A stretch of 64,000 bases of DNA from a virus (taxonomy: Duplodnaviria; Heunggongvirae; Uroviricota; Caudoviricetes), in IMG/VR virus record IMGVR_UViG_3300032167_000057, positions 4,886 to 68,885 of that record. The stretch is one strand, 5' to 3'. A program made the position numbers and the translations under genes. Below the pieces are notes generated by a model, which ran no database searches, was not told the origin of the DNA, and saw only the letters and a list, made by a program, of their open reading frames with translations. Positions 19,069 to 28,965 of this stretch are shown in pieces. How positions within the stretch are numbered: position 1 is the stretch's first letter; each line of letters opens with the position of its first letter.

Positions 19069-19320
19069 CTAAAACACCCTTTTATTCTCTATCTTCACAC
19101 ATTTAAATGTTGTTACAGTTTGAATGTTCTTACCTATAATGTGTGATTCTACAAACACCTTCCCATTACTGTCCTTATATTTTTCTTCATGAACTATTGG
19201 AGTTTCTTCATCTCTTGTAGATACCGTTTGTACCATAACATCAATTGTTTTTCCATTCATAATTAACTGTGCAGGTACATTAAATGTTGTCTCGAATGTC
19301 ATTCGCTTTACCTCTCTCAT
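19069..19320 (-). CDS. hypothetical protein
   Basis: 83 aa ORF. Confidence 0.35.
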   Translation of the reverse strand: MREVKRMTFETTFNVPAQLIMNGKTIDVMVQTVSTRDEETPIVHEEKYKDSNGKVFVESHIIGKNIQTVTTFKCVKIENKRVF

Positions 19321-19468
19321 AGAAATCCGTCTCTGTTCTGCTCTTAACTAATCCTTCTCCAACCATAAAAGAGATGACATTAAACGGGCAATCTGCTACT
19401 TGTGGATTTTCTTTTAACCACTCTTTATATGCCTCTTCTATTTTCTTTCTATCTCCAAACCAAACCAT
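19280..19468 (-). CDS. hypothetical protein
   Basis: 62 aa ORF overlapping its neighbour. Confidence 0.3.
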   Translation of the reverse strand: MVWFGDRKKIEEAYKEWLKENPQVADCPFNVISFMVGEGLVKSRTETDFYERGKANDIRDNI

Positions 19469-19717
19469 TCTCTATCACCTCAAAACCATAATAGAATCGA
19501 TATTGTTATATCATTGTTTGGGGTTGATTTTTCTTTATTTATTTCCCCAATATATATAATAATTAATAAAATACACTACACATATCAACGCAGCGCATAT
19601 ATGTGTACTAGGATGTATATTAATTCCCTTTATCCAACAACAAATACTTCTCAATATTTCATAAGCCCAAATTACGGCACATAATCCATTCATAATTTTC
19701 ATAAAATACATCTTTTA

Positions 19718-19933
19718 TTACCCCTTAATTCCGTACACCCAATAGTCATATTCTTCGGGTGTTAATCCTAAATATTCCCAAGGTTTCATCTTATCTTTAT
19801 CTAATTCGTTATACCAATACAAAGCGTCTTGAAATAAAGTTTCAATAGCAATCTCAATTGCAGTTTTATATGCTCCATCGGTTATTTCTGGAAGATGTGA
19901 CATTAAAACTTTTGCCGCCAATACATCATTCAT
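19718..19933 (-). CDS. hypothetical protein
   Basis: 71 aa ORF. Confidence 0.35.
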   Translation of the reverse strand: MNDVLAAKVLMSHLPEITDGAYKTAIEIAIETLFQDALYWYNELDKDKMKPWEYLGLTPEEYDYWVYGIKG

Positions 19934-20141
19934 AATAATTTCCCACTTCTTGATTAATTAAATATTTACCCAGTTGCATTTCTTCTGCTGTGCTGGTATA
20001 AATATCACAACGTTCTCCACTGCATACCATGCAACCATCACATCTTTGTAGTTGCATTTCCATTTTCATTGTGATATAGTCGGCTATTCTATCGTCACAC
20101 GACTTAATATTTATCCAATCATAATTGTTCATATTCTTCAC
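19926..20141 (-). CDS. small Cys-rich protein
   Basis: CDGCMVCSGERCDIY motif. Confidence 0.35.
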   Translation of the reverse strand: MKNMNNYDWINIKSCDDRIADYITMKMEMQLQRCDGCMVCSGERCDIYTSTAEEMQLGKYLINQEVGNYYE

Positions 20142-20152
20142 ATCCTATCTCA

Positions 20153-20665
20153 TTACTTTCCGCTACTACCCAATTTACCCACACCTCTAAGAGATGGAAT
20201 TTTGGATAATTCATCATAACTAATTTCTTCTGTATTGAGCTTTGGGAGTTTAAATAAGATGCCTTGAGCAATTGCTTTAGAATAAGGATAGAAAAGACAA
20301 TCTGAATAATATAGCCCATATTTGTGTATATGTTCTTCTCTAGATAATTTGGAAATGATAATATCGCGTTTGCCCAAATTGGTAATAGGGGCAACAATTT
20401 CTCCACGATAACCAGAATCAATTACTCCAGCCATCTGTGACATTCCTTTCGTTCCTGTTGAACCACGTTCTTTTAAAATAAACACATAATCATCACTAAA
20501 TGCTGTTGCTATACCAGTAGGAATCATTACTGTTTGTCCAGATTCTATATAAATACATTCCTGCGGAAAATTAGCGTATAAATCATAGCCTGCATCTTCT
20601 TCATTTTTAGTTGGAATAATTGCATCAGGTCGCACCTTTGCAAAATATAATATATCTGTATTCAT
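20153..20665 (-). CDS. dut: dUTP diphosphatase (dUTPase)
   Basis: Motifs AGYDLY, PTGIA and GVIDSGYRGEI (dUTPase motif III). Confidence 0.9.
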   Translation of the reverse strand: MNTDILYFAKVRPDAIIPTKNEEDAGYDLYANFPQECIYIESGQTVMIPTGIATAFSDDYVFILKERGSTGTKGMSQMAGVIDSGYRGEIVAPITNLGKRDIIISKLSREEHIHKYGLYYSDCLFYPYSKAIAQGILFKLPKLNTEEISYDELSKIPSLRGVGKLGSSGK

Positions 20666-20715
20666 ATTGTTTGTTCTCCTTATCTGTTTGATTAGAGTAG
20701 TAAGGGGATGCCCCC

Positions 20716-21675
20716 TTACATACTCACTCTATCCGCGATTTCCGCATTCTTTGCTTCGTTATAACGTGTATCACCATGTACTCTAGTGAATCCTAAATAG
20801 CCATTCATACGGTCAATTTTCGTAATCATGGAACTTCCACATTTAGGGCAGACATCCATTTCCACTTGCTGATAGCCACAATCTTCACAATAACACATTG
20901 CAAGATTTACCCCCTCATAAAACCCTTTATCCATAGCTCTAAGCACGAGAGTTTTAATTGCTTCCTTGTTATAACCTAAGTTATATCTGACATACTGAAT
21001 TTTTCCACCATTGAAATAATCCCAAAATCTTTCTTCTTTATCTTGTTTTTCAATAGGTGACATTTCTTCAGATACATGACAGTGAAAACTATTACTTACA
21101 TAAGGCTTATCTGACACATTTTCGATAATCCCATACATTTTACGGAACTGTTCTACTTGTAAACCACAAAGGCTCTCAGCAGGCGTTCCATATATTGCAT
21201 ATAGAATATTATCTTCTTCTTTAATTCTATCTACATAGTTCTGAATATACTGCATTACTTCTAAAGCAAATTGTCCATCTTCTCTAATAGAGTTACCATT
21301 ATATAATCTCTGTAATTCGTTTAGAGCAGTAATACCATAACTAATTGTCATAGGAGGAAGAATTGACTTAATCTTCTCTTCTGGTTTTAAATTACCACCA
21401 TATAAACCACCCTCACAGAAAGCAATAGGATTTACACTCGCTCGAAGTTCTCCAATATAATCATAAGTACGCTTATGTAATCCTCTGATAAGTTCAAGAT
21501 AATGTTCCAATACTTCAAAAAAGTCTTTTGATTCTTGTCTTGATTTTGCTAAAATCATCGGTAAATTAAGCGATACAACACCTAAATTACATCTTCCTTC
21601 AAATACTGGCTTGTCATCCTCATCCGCAGGATGCATTCCACCTCTTTCATACCATGGAGAAAGGAATGCACGACA
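20716..21675 (-). CDS. nrdD: anaerobic ribonucleoside-triphosphate reductase NrdD, exon 2 (C-terminal part)
   Basis: CRAFLSPW...GRCNLGVVSLNLPMI aligns to T4 NrdD CRSFLSVW...GRNNLGVVTLNLPRI. The C-terminus has the CEDCGY...CPKCGS zinc ribbon and the glycyl-radical region (GYLGFTRV). The frame is open upstream of the annotated Met back to a TAG at 21676-21678. Confidence 0.85.
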   Translation of the reverse strand, partial: CRAFLSPWYERGGMHPADEDDKPVFEGRCNLGVVSLNLPMILAKSRQESKDFFEVLEHYLELIRGLHKRTYDYIGELRASVNPIAFCEGGLYGGNLKPEEKIKSILPPMTISYGITALNELQRLYNGNSIREDGQFALEVMQYIQNYVDRIKEEDNILYAIYGTPAESLCGLQVEQFRKMYGIIENVSDKPYVSNSFHCHVSEEMSPIEKQDKEERFWDYFNGGKIQYVRYNLGYNKEAIKTLVLRAMDKGFYEGVNLAMCYCEDCGYQQVEMDVCPKCGSSMITKIDRMNGYLGFTRVHGDTRYNEAKNAEIADRVSM

Positions 21676-22524
21676 CTAACTGCTTTCGCAGTTTGGACTA
21701 TATCTTCATCTATTATTCTATTACCAAATAATAGATGCTCGGCACTTCCACATAAGGACTTTCACCTTATATGTACTCTACTCGCTTCTTCGCATAAGTT
21801 TTTCTCTTATGCTATGCTTTCGATAGTCTCTTGACTTTCTTCAACGTATTCAAATAAATAATCATAATTATTAGTTAATTTTTCATCTTTTAATATCATG
21901 GTTACTGTCTTTCTATTAATATGTAAATCTTCACACATACTTCTTATAGATTTATAAGTTTTAAAATATTTACCATTTTTCTTATAATAGACGTTTATCG
22001 CATGACATCTTGACTTATATTTATATAATTTGTTATCATAACCATGTTGGGTGTTATCACTATTTGTACACCACTCTAAGTTATCTATATTATTATTTAA
22101 CTTATTTCCATCTTTATGATTGACTTGTGGTAGATTATTTGGATTAGGAATAAACGTATTGGCGACCAACCTATGTACACGTTTATAACATTTCTTACCA
22201 TTTGAATCTCTTAAAACACATTGGTAATACCCAACGGTATCTATCCACTGACCAATTTCTTTGTTTCGTTTAGTATCATAAATCACACCGTTAATGTTGA
22301 TTCGATATCTCTCAAAACCTTGAATTTCTTTATTTATAATTATTGTTTCTATATAAAATTCACCTTCTTTAAAAGTGAATACGTTGAATATTAGCACAGG
22401 ATTATCATAATAATGACTTCCCCTGTTAGCCAATTCATTAGCCATCATTTCCTATGGTTACTATTCGTTGAATTGACACCTTATATATATAAGTTCACCG
22501 AGTTTTACATGAGCTATCATATTA
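21676..22524 (-). mobile_element. group I self-splicing intron in nrdD carrying an HNH homing endonuclease ORF
   Basis: Exon 1 ends ...SPMG (GGU) at 22525 and exon 2 starts CRAF at 21675; a direct join recreates the conserved NrdD SPMGCRSF junction. The S element AAGATATAGTC lies about 20 nt upstream of the terminal G (UAG) on the minus strand, and the 849-nt insert contains the HNH ORF. Confidence 0.8.
21807..22448 (-). CDS. HNH homing endonuclease (intron-encoded)
   Basis: NHKDGNKLNNNIDNLEWCT is an HNH motif. The N-terminal DNA-binding region is typical of phage HNH homing endonucleases. The ORF sits inside the nrdD intron. Confidence 0.8.
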   Translation of the reverse strand: MMANELANRGSHYYDNPVLIFNVFTFKEGEFYIETIIINKEIQGFERYRININGVIYDTKRNKEIGQWIDTVGYYQCVLRDSNGKKCYKRVHRLVANTFIPNPNNLPQVNHKDGNKLNNNIDNLEWCTNSDNTQHGYDNKLYKYKSRCHAINVYYKKNGKYFKTYKSIRSMCEDLHINRKTVTMILKDEKLTNNYDYLFEYVEESQETIESIA

Positions 22525-23727
22525 ACCCATTGGACTAATCACTCTTTTATATTTCTTATACATTTCAGGTACATATCCATTACCAGTTAAAGATAACCAA
22601 TCAGGATACATGGTTTTACTACTACAATCAATTCCTGCATTAAATACATCTGCATTTGGATACTGTTCAGAACCATCTCCGTGAAGTTCTTTATCATATA
22701 AGAATACAATCTTAGGGAATAAAACAGGACGCTTAAATCCTTTCTTACCTTGGCCCTCACTATGTACTTGGAGTAAAGTAATAGCGGCCATTTTGCCAAA
22801 TATATCTGTTGCTAATCCTATAGTCATGGTAACGAATGGGTAATCGCCCCTAGAAGAACCAACTGTATTTAACTTATATTCAATGCCTTGCCAACCTTGT
22901 TCAAAGTCTCTTCTGACTTTATCAAGAGCATATTTTATAGCTCCTTCGTCTTTAACTCGACCATTCCAAGACACTTGACTTAATACATCATTTTCAACTT
23001 TTCTATATTCTTCAATATATTTTCTATAAGACTTCTCTGCATAAGGTGCTAAAATCTTATCAACTTCTGGTACAGTAAACCCTCCGTATTGCTGTGCAGC
23101 TGTTGAAAGGATAATATCTCCCATAACATCGAATGCAGTATCAAGTGAATTAGGCTCGTTATACCAAACGTTCCCCATTTCAAAACCGTTATGCATAATA
23201 TGGCCTACACGCATCAAACAGCAATTAAAGGAATCAAGTCTAGCACTCCTATCATGGATATAGATGTACCCATCTTTCATTGCTTGCTTTTCATCAAGTG
23301 TTAAGAAAAACTTCTTATATAATTCACTGCTCAGTTCGTTATAAATTAAACTTCTCTTTGTTGCCACCAAAGCAGAATCAGTATTAGCATTACTCTTATC
23401 ACCAATGTATCTAATTGCTTGACTTCTGGCGTATACTTTATCCATCATATGAACAAAGTCTTTTTTATAATTTCTATATTCTTTATACATTTTCCCCACT
23501 ATTGGATATAATTCTTCCAATACGGCTTCAACGATATTATGCATTTCATAAATTTCAGTTTCTTCTAAATCATTTTCAACGAGTTTTTCCCAGACGGCGT
23601 TACAAATCAACTGATAATCATTAGCATTTAATTCTACCATTGCTCGTCTAGCAGCTTTATTACAAGCATTAATTATTTTTTGTTCATTATAATCTTCTAA
23701 TGTGCCATCTTTTTTAATAATCCTCAT
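22525..23727 (-). CDS. nrdD: anaerobic ribonucleoside-triphosphate reductase NrdD, exon 1 (N-terminal ATP-cone + catalytic core)
   Basis: ATP-cone MRIIKKDGTLEDYNEQKI. YIYIHDRSARLDSFNCCLM...QQYGGFTVPEVDKILAPY aligns to T4 NrdD IIHVHDIDYS..NCCLV...HQYGGTTFANVDKVLSPY. Ends at MYPDW...SPMG. Confidence 0.9.
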
Positions 23728-23739
23728 TCAGTTACTCCT

Positions 23740-24144
23740 CTAGTTATAATTTTGAATAAAATGGCTATAAATCCACTCCATTGCATGTTGTTGGGAATCA
23801 AAAGTTACCCAACTATATTCCTGTTCCCATGGATAAATGGTGTCATCAAATTCATTAAAACAAACAATGGGAATATGGCATAATTTAGCCGCTGTAAGTT
23901 CTCCCATAGTTCCTAATGAATTTAGACTATTGTGACCATTAAATAGAATTAAATCTGCGTGACAAGCCTGATATAAACAGAATTCCATAATTTCACGTTC
24001 AGATTGATGTCGCTGTTCTTCTACTGAATAATAATCATTAATATTAATTACTCGTACTTCCACCATATCAGATGCTTCACACTGTAAATTTTTAAAATAC
24101 TGTTGAGCGTATTCTCTCCATGAACGACTTTCTTGTTCCGTCAC
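23740..24144 (-). CDS. nucleoside 2'-deoxyribosyltransferase-like protein
   Basis: ADLILFNGHNSLNSLGTMGELTAAKLCHIPIV resembles the Nuc_deoxyrib_tr active-site region (S-G-T-x-x-E-x-G). 134 aa. Confidence 0.5.
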   Translation of the reverse strand: MTEQESRSWREYAQQYFKNLQCEASDMVEVRVININDYYSVEEQRHQSEREIMEFCLYQACHADLILFNGHNSLNSLGTMGELTAAKLCHIPIVCFNEFDDTIYPWEQEYSWVTFDSQQHAMEWIYSHFIQNYN

Positions 24145-24182
24145 TCCTGAACATGCCCCAGCAGTATAAATCGTAAAAGTTT

Positions 24183-24845
24183 TTATGGTAATTCACCCAC
24201 TTTCTTCGTGACAAATTTTAGATATTTATCCCACAAACCGACACTATGAATATAATCTTTACCCTTGAGTCCACGCTGTCGCATATCGGCAACAATTACT
24301 TCTTTTGGACGTTTTTTAGTGGCTAAAGAATTAATAAATTCCTTACATAAATGTCCTAATGCTAAGTAGGATAATCCAGATGGTTCAACAATTGCGTTAT
24401 ATTTTTGCAAATCTTCCTCTGGTATTGTGTATTTAGTTTTTGGTAAATTTTTAATGGAAAATGGACTGATTGAAGCACCACTTGTCAGCGGTTGAAAATA
24501 AGATACGAGTTTTGAAAAGTTCTTATCATAGAATTGAATTATGACTTCTTCATCAGATTCTCGAACAGATAATATATTATCTATTAACCCATCGGCTTTG
24601 ATTGCTCTTATTATATTTCTACCACGTCCTAACGACGGACAATAAAATTCTAATATTCCTTTACCGTAATAAAATATTTGACATTTATTTGTACATTTAA
24701 TATATACATCTGAAGTACATAAACTACCGTCAGGTTCTCGTGGAAAATCATTTGTCTGCAAATCATAAGGAGCGAGCAATCTATATTGCCCCTTATATTT
24801 GGATAAATAATAAGACATATTGTTTTCCCGTCCTTTCATTTTCAT
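24183..24845 (-). CDS. hypothetical protein
   Basis: 220 aa. No radical-SAM CxxxCxxC, so not an obvious NrdG. Confidence 0.4.
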   Translation of the reverse strand: MKMKGRENNMSYYLSKYKGQYRLLAPYDLQTNDFPREPDGSLCTSDVYIKCTNKCQIFYYGKGILEFYCPSLGRGRNIIRAIKADGLIDNILSVRESDEEVIIQFYDKNFSKLVSYFQPLTSGASISPFSIKNLPKTKYTIPEEDLQKYNAIVEPSGLSYLALGHLCKEFINSLATKKRPKEVIVADMRQRGLKGKDYIHSVGLWDKYLKFVTKKVGELP

Positions 24846-24874
24846 TATACAATTTTTGTCAGGACATGTTCATT

Positions 24875-27151
24875 TTAAAAATCTAATTTTGGATGTTCTA
24901 ATTCATACAAACATTCTTTTAAATAAGTTTGCTTCTTAGAAACACCCTCTTTTGAACATGCCATACGTAAAGCATTACTTTCCGCTATTACTTCTGTATG
25001 TTTCTTTGCTCTAGTAATACCTGTATATAACAGTTCTCTAGTTAATAAACTATAACCTGAAAAATCCACGCCCAAAATACAATAATCACATTGTGAACCT
25101 TGCATTTTATGTACTGTAATTGCATATGCTGGCTCAATACTAGACAAATCACCACCAGATACAACAACTTCTCCTATACCAACAAAATCAATAATGGCAA
25201 TTTGTTCATCATCAAACTCATCTTTGGTAATTTTACGAATCATACCAATACTGCCATTGAAAATATTTGGTGTAGTTTTATAATTATTTTTTGTATTTAT
25301 TACCTTATCACCCTCACGTAAAATAACTGGTTTACCACGTTGGATATAAGTGTACTCTGCTCTATATTTACTTGCTGGATTATATAACTCCTGAATCGCA
25401 TTATTTAATACATATGTACAAGCTTGTCCTTTATCTTTAACAGGAACAATTACTTGAATATCCATGATGTTTTTCTTTTCATCTAAACGTTTTTGCACGC
25501 TCTGCATAATATTATAAAAAGTATTACTTCTATCATTATAACAAGTAATAGTTAAATCCTGTAATTTACCAAGGGTTTGAGTTCCTACCCAGCCTTTATT
25601 AATAATCTGGTATCCATGACGAATCTTTCTACTTTCGGTAATAATAGCACTATCTGCGGCCTGTCTATGAATTTCTTGTAAATGAACCACAGGAATAGAA
25701 CCAGAATTAATCATATCATAAGCAACATTTCCACACCCGATAGATTCCAACTGCGCAATATCCCCTAGCATAATTAACTTAGCCCCATCTCGTATTGCAC
25801 GAATTAAATCATAAAAAAGAAAAGCGTCTATCATCGAAATTTCATCTACAATAATGATTTGATGAGATAAAGGATTTTCATCATGAAATGCGAAACCATC
25901 TTTATTTATTTCCTCTGTACAAGGATATCCCAACAAACGATGAATGGTGTAGCCCTCTGCTCCAGTAACTTCACTCATTCTAGCCGCTGCTCGTCCCGCT
26001 AAACTTGTTTGTGCAAATGAATAATTAGGTAGCGCTTTCAACATTGCACTCACTAAAGATGTTTTACCACAACCAGCCTCTCCATATACAATACACACAT
26101 TATTTTCTAATGTAGTCTGAATACCATTTAACTGTTCTTCTGTATAATTCCAACCTTGTGCTATTTCTAATTGTTTAACATCTTCGCGCCAATCTGTGTA
26201 TGAAGTAATGGGAGTCGCATCTCTCAATCGAAGCAATTCTTTTGCTATGTTCTGTTCTACATTATAATATTTGCTTAAACCAATTTTTGTTTTATCGTTG
26301 TTGTAATATACAATACCCTGATTGTATAAATCGTGGATAGCTTTTACTACTGTTTCATCCGCGACTTCTTCGCCAAGAGTTTCTAATAAAGCACCAAATA
26401 ATTCATCTGGGGTAACCCATGAATAACCATTTTCCCCCATTGAATTAAGATAATATTTAATATAAGCTATTACACGTTCTACTCCATAAGGATTGATACC
26501 GCCCTCTAATGCAAATTTATCAGCAGTAGACCATCCTACTCCATCTATTTGCATTAATGTGTATGGGTTATGTTTCACTGTCTCAATTACAATTTCGGGT
26601 GATTTATATTTGGCTAATAGTTTCTGAATCATAAGCTGAGTTAAATTAAAATCTTCTAACTCAATATAAATATTAGCCAAATGATAATGCATATTAAATC
26701 TATCTACCCATTCTCCTGCTCTGTGTAAACCACAACCATTAATTTTCACAAGAGAAGCGACATCGCCTTTTTTCAAAGTCTCAAATGGATTGTCCAATGC
26801 TTGATACATACTGTCTACTTGATTAGGAGTAAAAATGGTTGACAGAAATTTTTGCTGACCGTCTTTATCATCTACACTTAAACTTAGTGCATTGATAATT
26901 GTTTTAATTTCATATTGTTCTCCGAATTTTGGGTCTGGAGCATATATGGCAGTTACGATATATTTATTACCTATTTTGGGCTGAATCATCGTACCCTTTA
27001 AAACTATGATTTTATTTGATAATTTTCCCGAAATTATATCATCTACGCTACATTTTATAATGCCCCAGTCGTTTTTATAATAAATAATATCTTCAATGGA
27101 ACACGTTATTTTAATTTTATCTTCGTCCATATTCTGTATGTTTTTGCTCAT
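24875..27151 (-). CDS. RecD2-like SF1B DNA helicase
   Basis: Walker A VYGEAGCGKTS, Walker B IIIVDEISMID, AITVHKMQGSQ and the C-terminal VIAESNALRMACSK typical of RecD/TraA-type helicases. The N-terminal extension resembles RecD2. Confidence 0.8.
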   Translation of the reverse strand: MSKNIQNMDEDKIKITCSIEDIIYYKNDWGIIKCSVDDIISGKLSNKIIVLKGTMIQPKIGNKYIVTAIYAPDPKFGEQYEIKTIINALSLSVDDKDGQQKFLSTIFTPNQVDSMYQALDNPFETLKKGDVASLVKINGCGLHRAGEWVDRFNMHYHLANIYIELEDFNLTQLMIQKLLAKYKSPEIVIETVKHNPYTLMQIDGVGWSTADKFALEGGINPYGVERVIAYIKYYLNSMGENGYSWVTPDELFGALLETLGEEVADETVVKAIHDLYNQGIVYYNNDKTKIGLSKYYNVEQNIAKELLRLRDATPITSYTDWREDVKQLEIAQGWNYTEEQLNGIQTTLENNVCIVYGEAGCGKTSLVSAMLKALPNYSFAQTSLAGRAAARMSEVTGAEGYTIHRLLGYPCTEEINKDGFAFHDENPLSHQIIIVDEISMIDAFLFYDLIRAIRDGAKLIMLGDIAQLESIGCGNVAYDMINSGSIPVVHLQEIHRQAADSAIITESRKIRHGYQIINKGWVGTQTLGKLQDLTITCYNDRSNTFYNIMQSVQKRLDEKKNIMDIQVIVPVKDKGQACTYVLNNAIQELYNPASKYRAEYTYIQRGKPVILREGDKVINTKNNYKTTPNIFNGSIGMIRKITKDEFDDEQIAIIDFVGIGEVVVSGGDLSSIEPAYAITVHKMQGSQCDYCILGVDFSGYSLLTRELLYTGITRAKKHTEVIAESNALRMACSKEGVSKKQTYLKECLYELEHPKLDF

Positions 27152-27257
27152 ATTTTGTCCCTATTTCTATGTTTAAGAGCATAAGTGGAGAAATAGTCGT
27201 CTAAAATATTTAAACGGCTTATTTCTCTCTCAGCTCGTTATACGTTATTATCTATGA

Positions 27258-28712
27258 CTAGATTTGAAGTCGCTCTGCTTGTACAATTAATTCCTTTTCA
27301 TCCGTAACTTCTACAATTTTGTTAATGGTGTGATTAAAAATCGAATCGTTATACACTTTTAAGAAGAATTGGTCTCCCATTCTCATACCATGACATAATA
27401 AAAGCGTTCCTCGTTTTAACCAACTTTCTTCCAATCTTTTCTTTTTACCATTCTCTTCTGATACCTGAGATATGGTTTTGTTATAATAAGCATAAGCTCC
27501 CTTATTTGTTTTTACTGTTACTACTCCATATCTAGTCAATAAAGTAAATGAATGATGATTATTATCATTCGCTAATACTGTTCCAGCCAAACGGCTAATT
27601 TTATATTTAGGAAACGCTCGTGGTTCTCCGTTAATACGACGGGTGTACCACTCATAAGGTTCTGGTTCTTCTGGTAAATCAAAGTAATTGACAATTCCAT
27701 AATGCTTTTCATCTACCCCGTCTAACTCATGTTCCGCATCATAATAGCTTAATGCTTCCATATTCCAATGAGGTACTGTACCAGAAGCGTGTTTCTCCCA
27801 TAATTCATTAAATAGTTTTTGATTGTATAAGTTTAGTGTTTCTTCTTTACTCATCCAATCTCTAAACGTTTTTAATTTGGTTTCGACTTCTTTCAAGAAG
27901 TTCTTTTCAGAGATAACATAATACGAATTCTTCACTTCAATTACTGCATCTTCGGAGAAATTAGCCACGAAAAATGATTGAGAATTGCTATCTAATAGAA
28001 AATATCTGTCATGATAACCGCACTTCGGAACTTTTTTATCTGGGTTTACATATAATCTATCTAACCCATCTGGATGTAAAACATAATCTTTAAAGTTCAG
28101 AATACGTATAATAATGTCAAACTCATCAGGAATCATTTTCATTTCAACCATTTTACCCATTTGAGACATGGTGAGATTATCACATGGTTTAAACACATAA
28201 TTTTCTAAATATAACCGCATAGTTTTAGTACGGTCTGTATTGTGTAGTTCGGTAAAACTACCGCCTTTGATTAACTTAATCATTTGTGCATTTGTGAGTA
28301 ATTTGGTGACGATAAGTTTGTCACAGAAATCTTGAAATGAATTATATGGTCGGTGCTCTAGAATTGTTTGTACTGCTTCTGTTCCGATTCCATTGATTGC
28401 TTTAAGACTGAATAAGATACGATTATTTTGTTTATCCACTTTAAAACCAAAATCCGCTTCATTAATAAGTGGTAAAGCTACTTCTGTACCACTCTGTTTA
28501 ATTGAAGCAATAGCCGTAGACATTTTTCCATAGTTAGTTCCATCGTTTGCATCTTCATTATATGACCCAGAATCTACAACCAAATTGGCCGCAGACCAAT
28601 AGATTGAACCATATTTATAACATAAATTCAGTTCCTGCAATCCCAATAAACTGTAAGCAAGACAATGAGAACGATTAAATCCATCATTTATACCCCCGAT
28701 TTCTCGGTATTT
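27258..28712 (-). CDS. dnaE: DNA polymerase III alpha subunit (DnaE-type), exon 2 (C-terminal part; exact 5' boundary uncertain)
   Basis: Upstream of the annotated TTG start the frame reads ...GFNRSHCLAYSLLG, which matches DnaE YGFNRSHAVAYS. The HhH region AINGIGTEAVQTILEHRPYNSFQDF is also present. The frame is open back to a TAG at 28713-28715. Confidence 0.75.
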   Translation of the reverse strand, partial: KYREIGGINDGFNRSHCLAYSLLGLQELNLCYKYGSIYWSAANLVVDSGSYNEDANDGTNYGKMSTAIASIKQSGTEVALPLINEADFGFKVDKQNNRILFSLKAINGIGTEAVQTILEHRPYNSFQDFCDKLIVTKLLTNAQMIKLIKGGSFTELHNTDRTKTMRLYLENYVFKPCDNLTMSQMGKMVEMKMIPDEFDIIIRILNFKDYVLHPDGLDRLYVNPDKKVPKCGYHDRYFLLDSNSQSFFVANFSEDAVIEVKNSYYVISEKNFLKEVETKLKTFRDWMSKEETLNLYNQKLFNELWEKHASGTVPHWNMEALSYYDAEHELDGVDEKHYGIVNYFDLPEEPEPYEWYTRRINGEPRAFPKYKISRLAGTVLANDNNHHSFTLLTRYGVVTVKTNKGAYAYYNKTISQVSEENGKKKRLEESWLKRGTLLLCHGMRMGDQFFLKVYNDSIFNHTINKIVEVTDEKELIVQAERLQI

Positions 28713-28965
28713 CTATAGGGATTAGACTATATCTTTAGAGTAAAATACTCTATTCGGCACTTCCATCTGTGCTAATCTCAGATGTACGTAATAGTCGTTA
28801 CACCTTCCTTATGTATAAGGCTTGGCACGGTATTACCTTATCTTACGACTTAGGCTTTCACCGTTAGCATAACAAAAATGTTACACACCGTTTTTGCATA
28901 CGTTCACCGAATTTTACGTGAGCAGGTTTGTTTACCCACGTTGCATGAAAATTAATACAAACCAC
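28713..28965 (-). mobile_element. ORF-less group I intron in dnaE (boundaries approximate)
   Basis: A roughly 260-nt non-coding insert splits DnaE between the conserved ...IEKFA and GFNRSH segments. It contains the S element AAGATATAGTC (minus strand 28735-28725) and shares with the nrdD intron a 12-mer (TCGGCACTTCCA on the plus strand), CTTTCACC and similar spacing to a terminal UAG. Confidence 0.65.

Noticed and set aside
20119-20421. 100-aa ORF overlapping dut in another frame
   Set aside because: It is fully embedded in the well-supported dUTPase gene on the same strand, an alternate-frame artefact of AT-rich sequence.
24183-24845. Possible NrdG (anaerobic RNR activase) next to nrdD
   Set aside because: There is no CxxxCxxC radical-SAM cluster. 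No NrdG is recognisable anywhere in the window, so the phage presumably relies on the host activase, or the gene lies outside the window.
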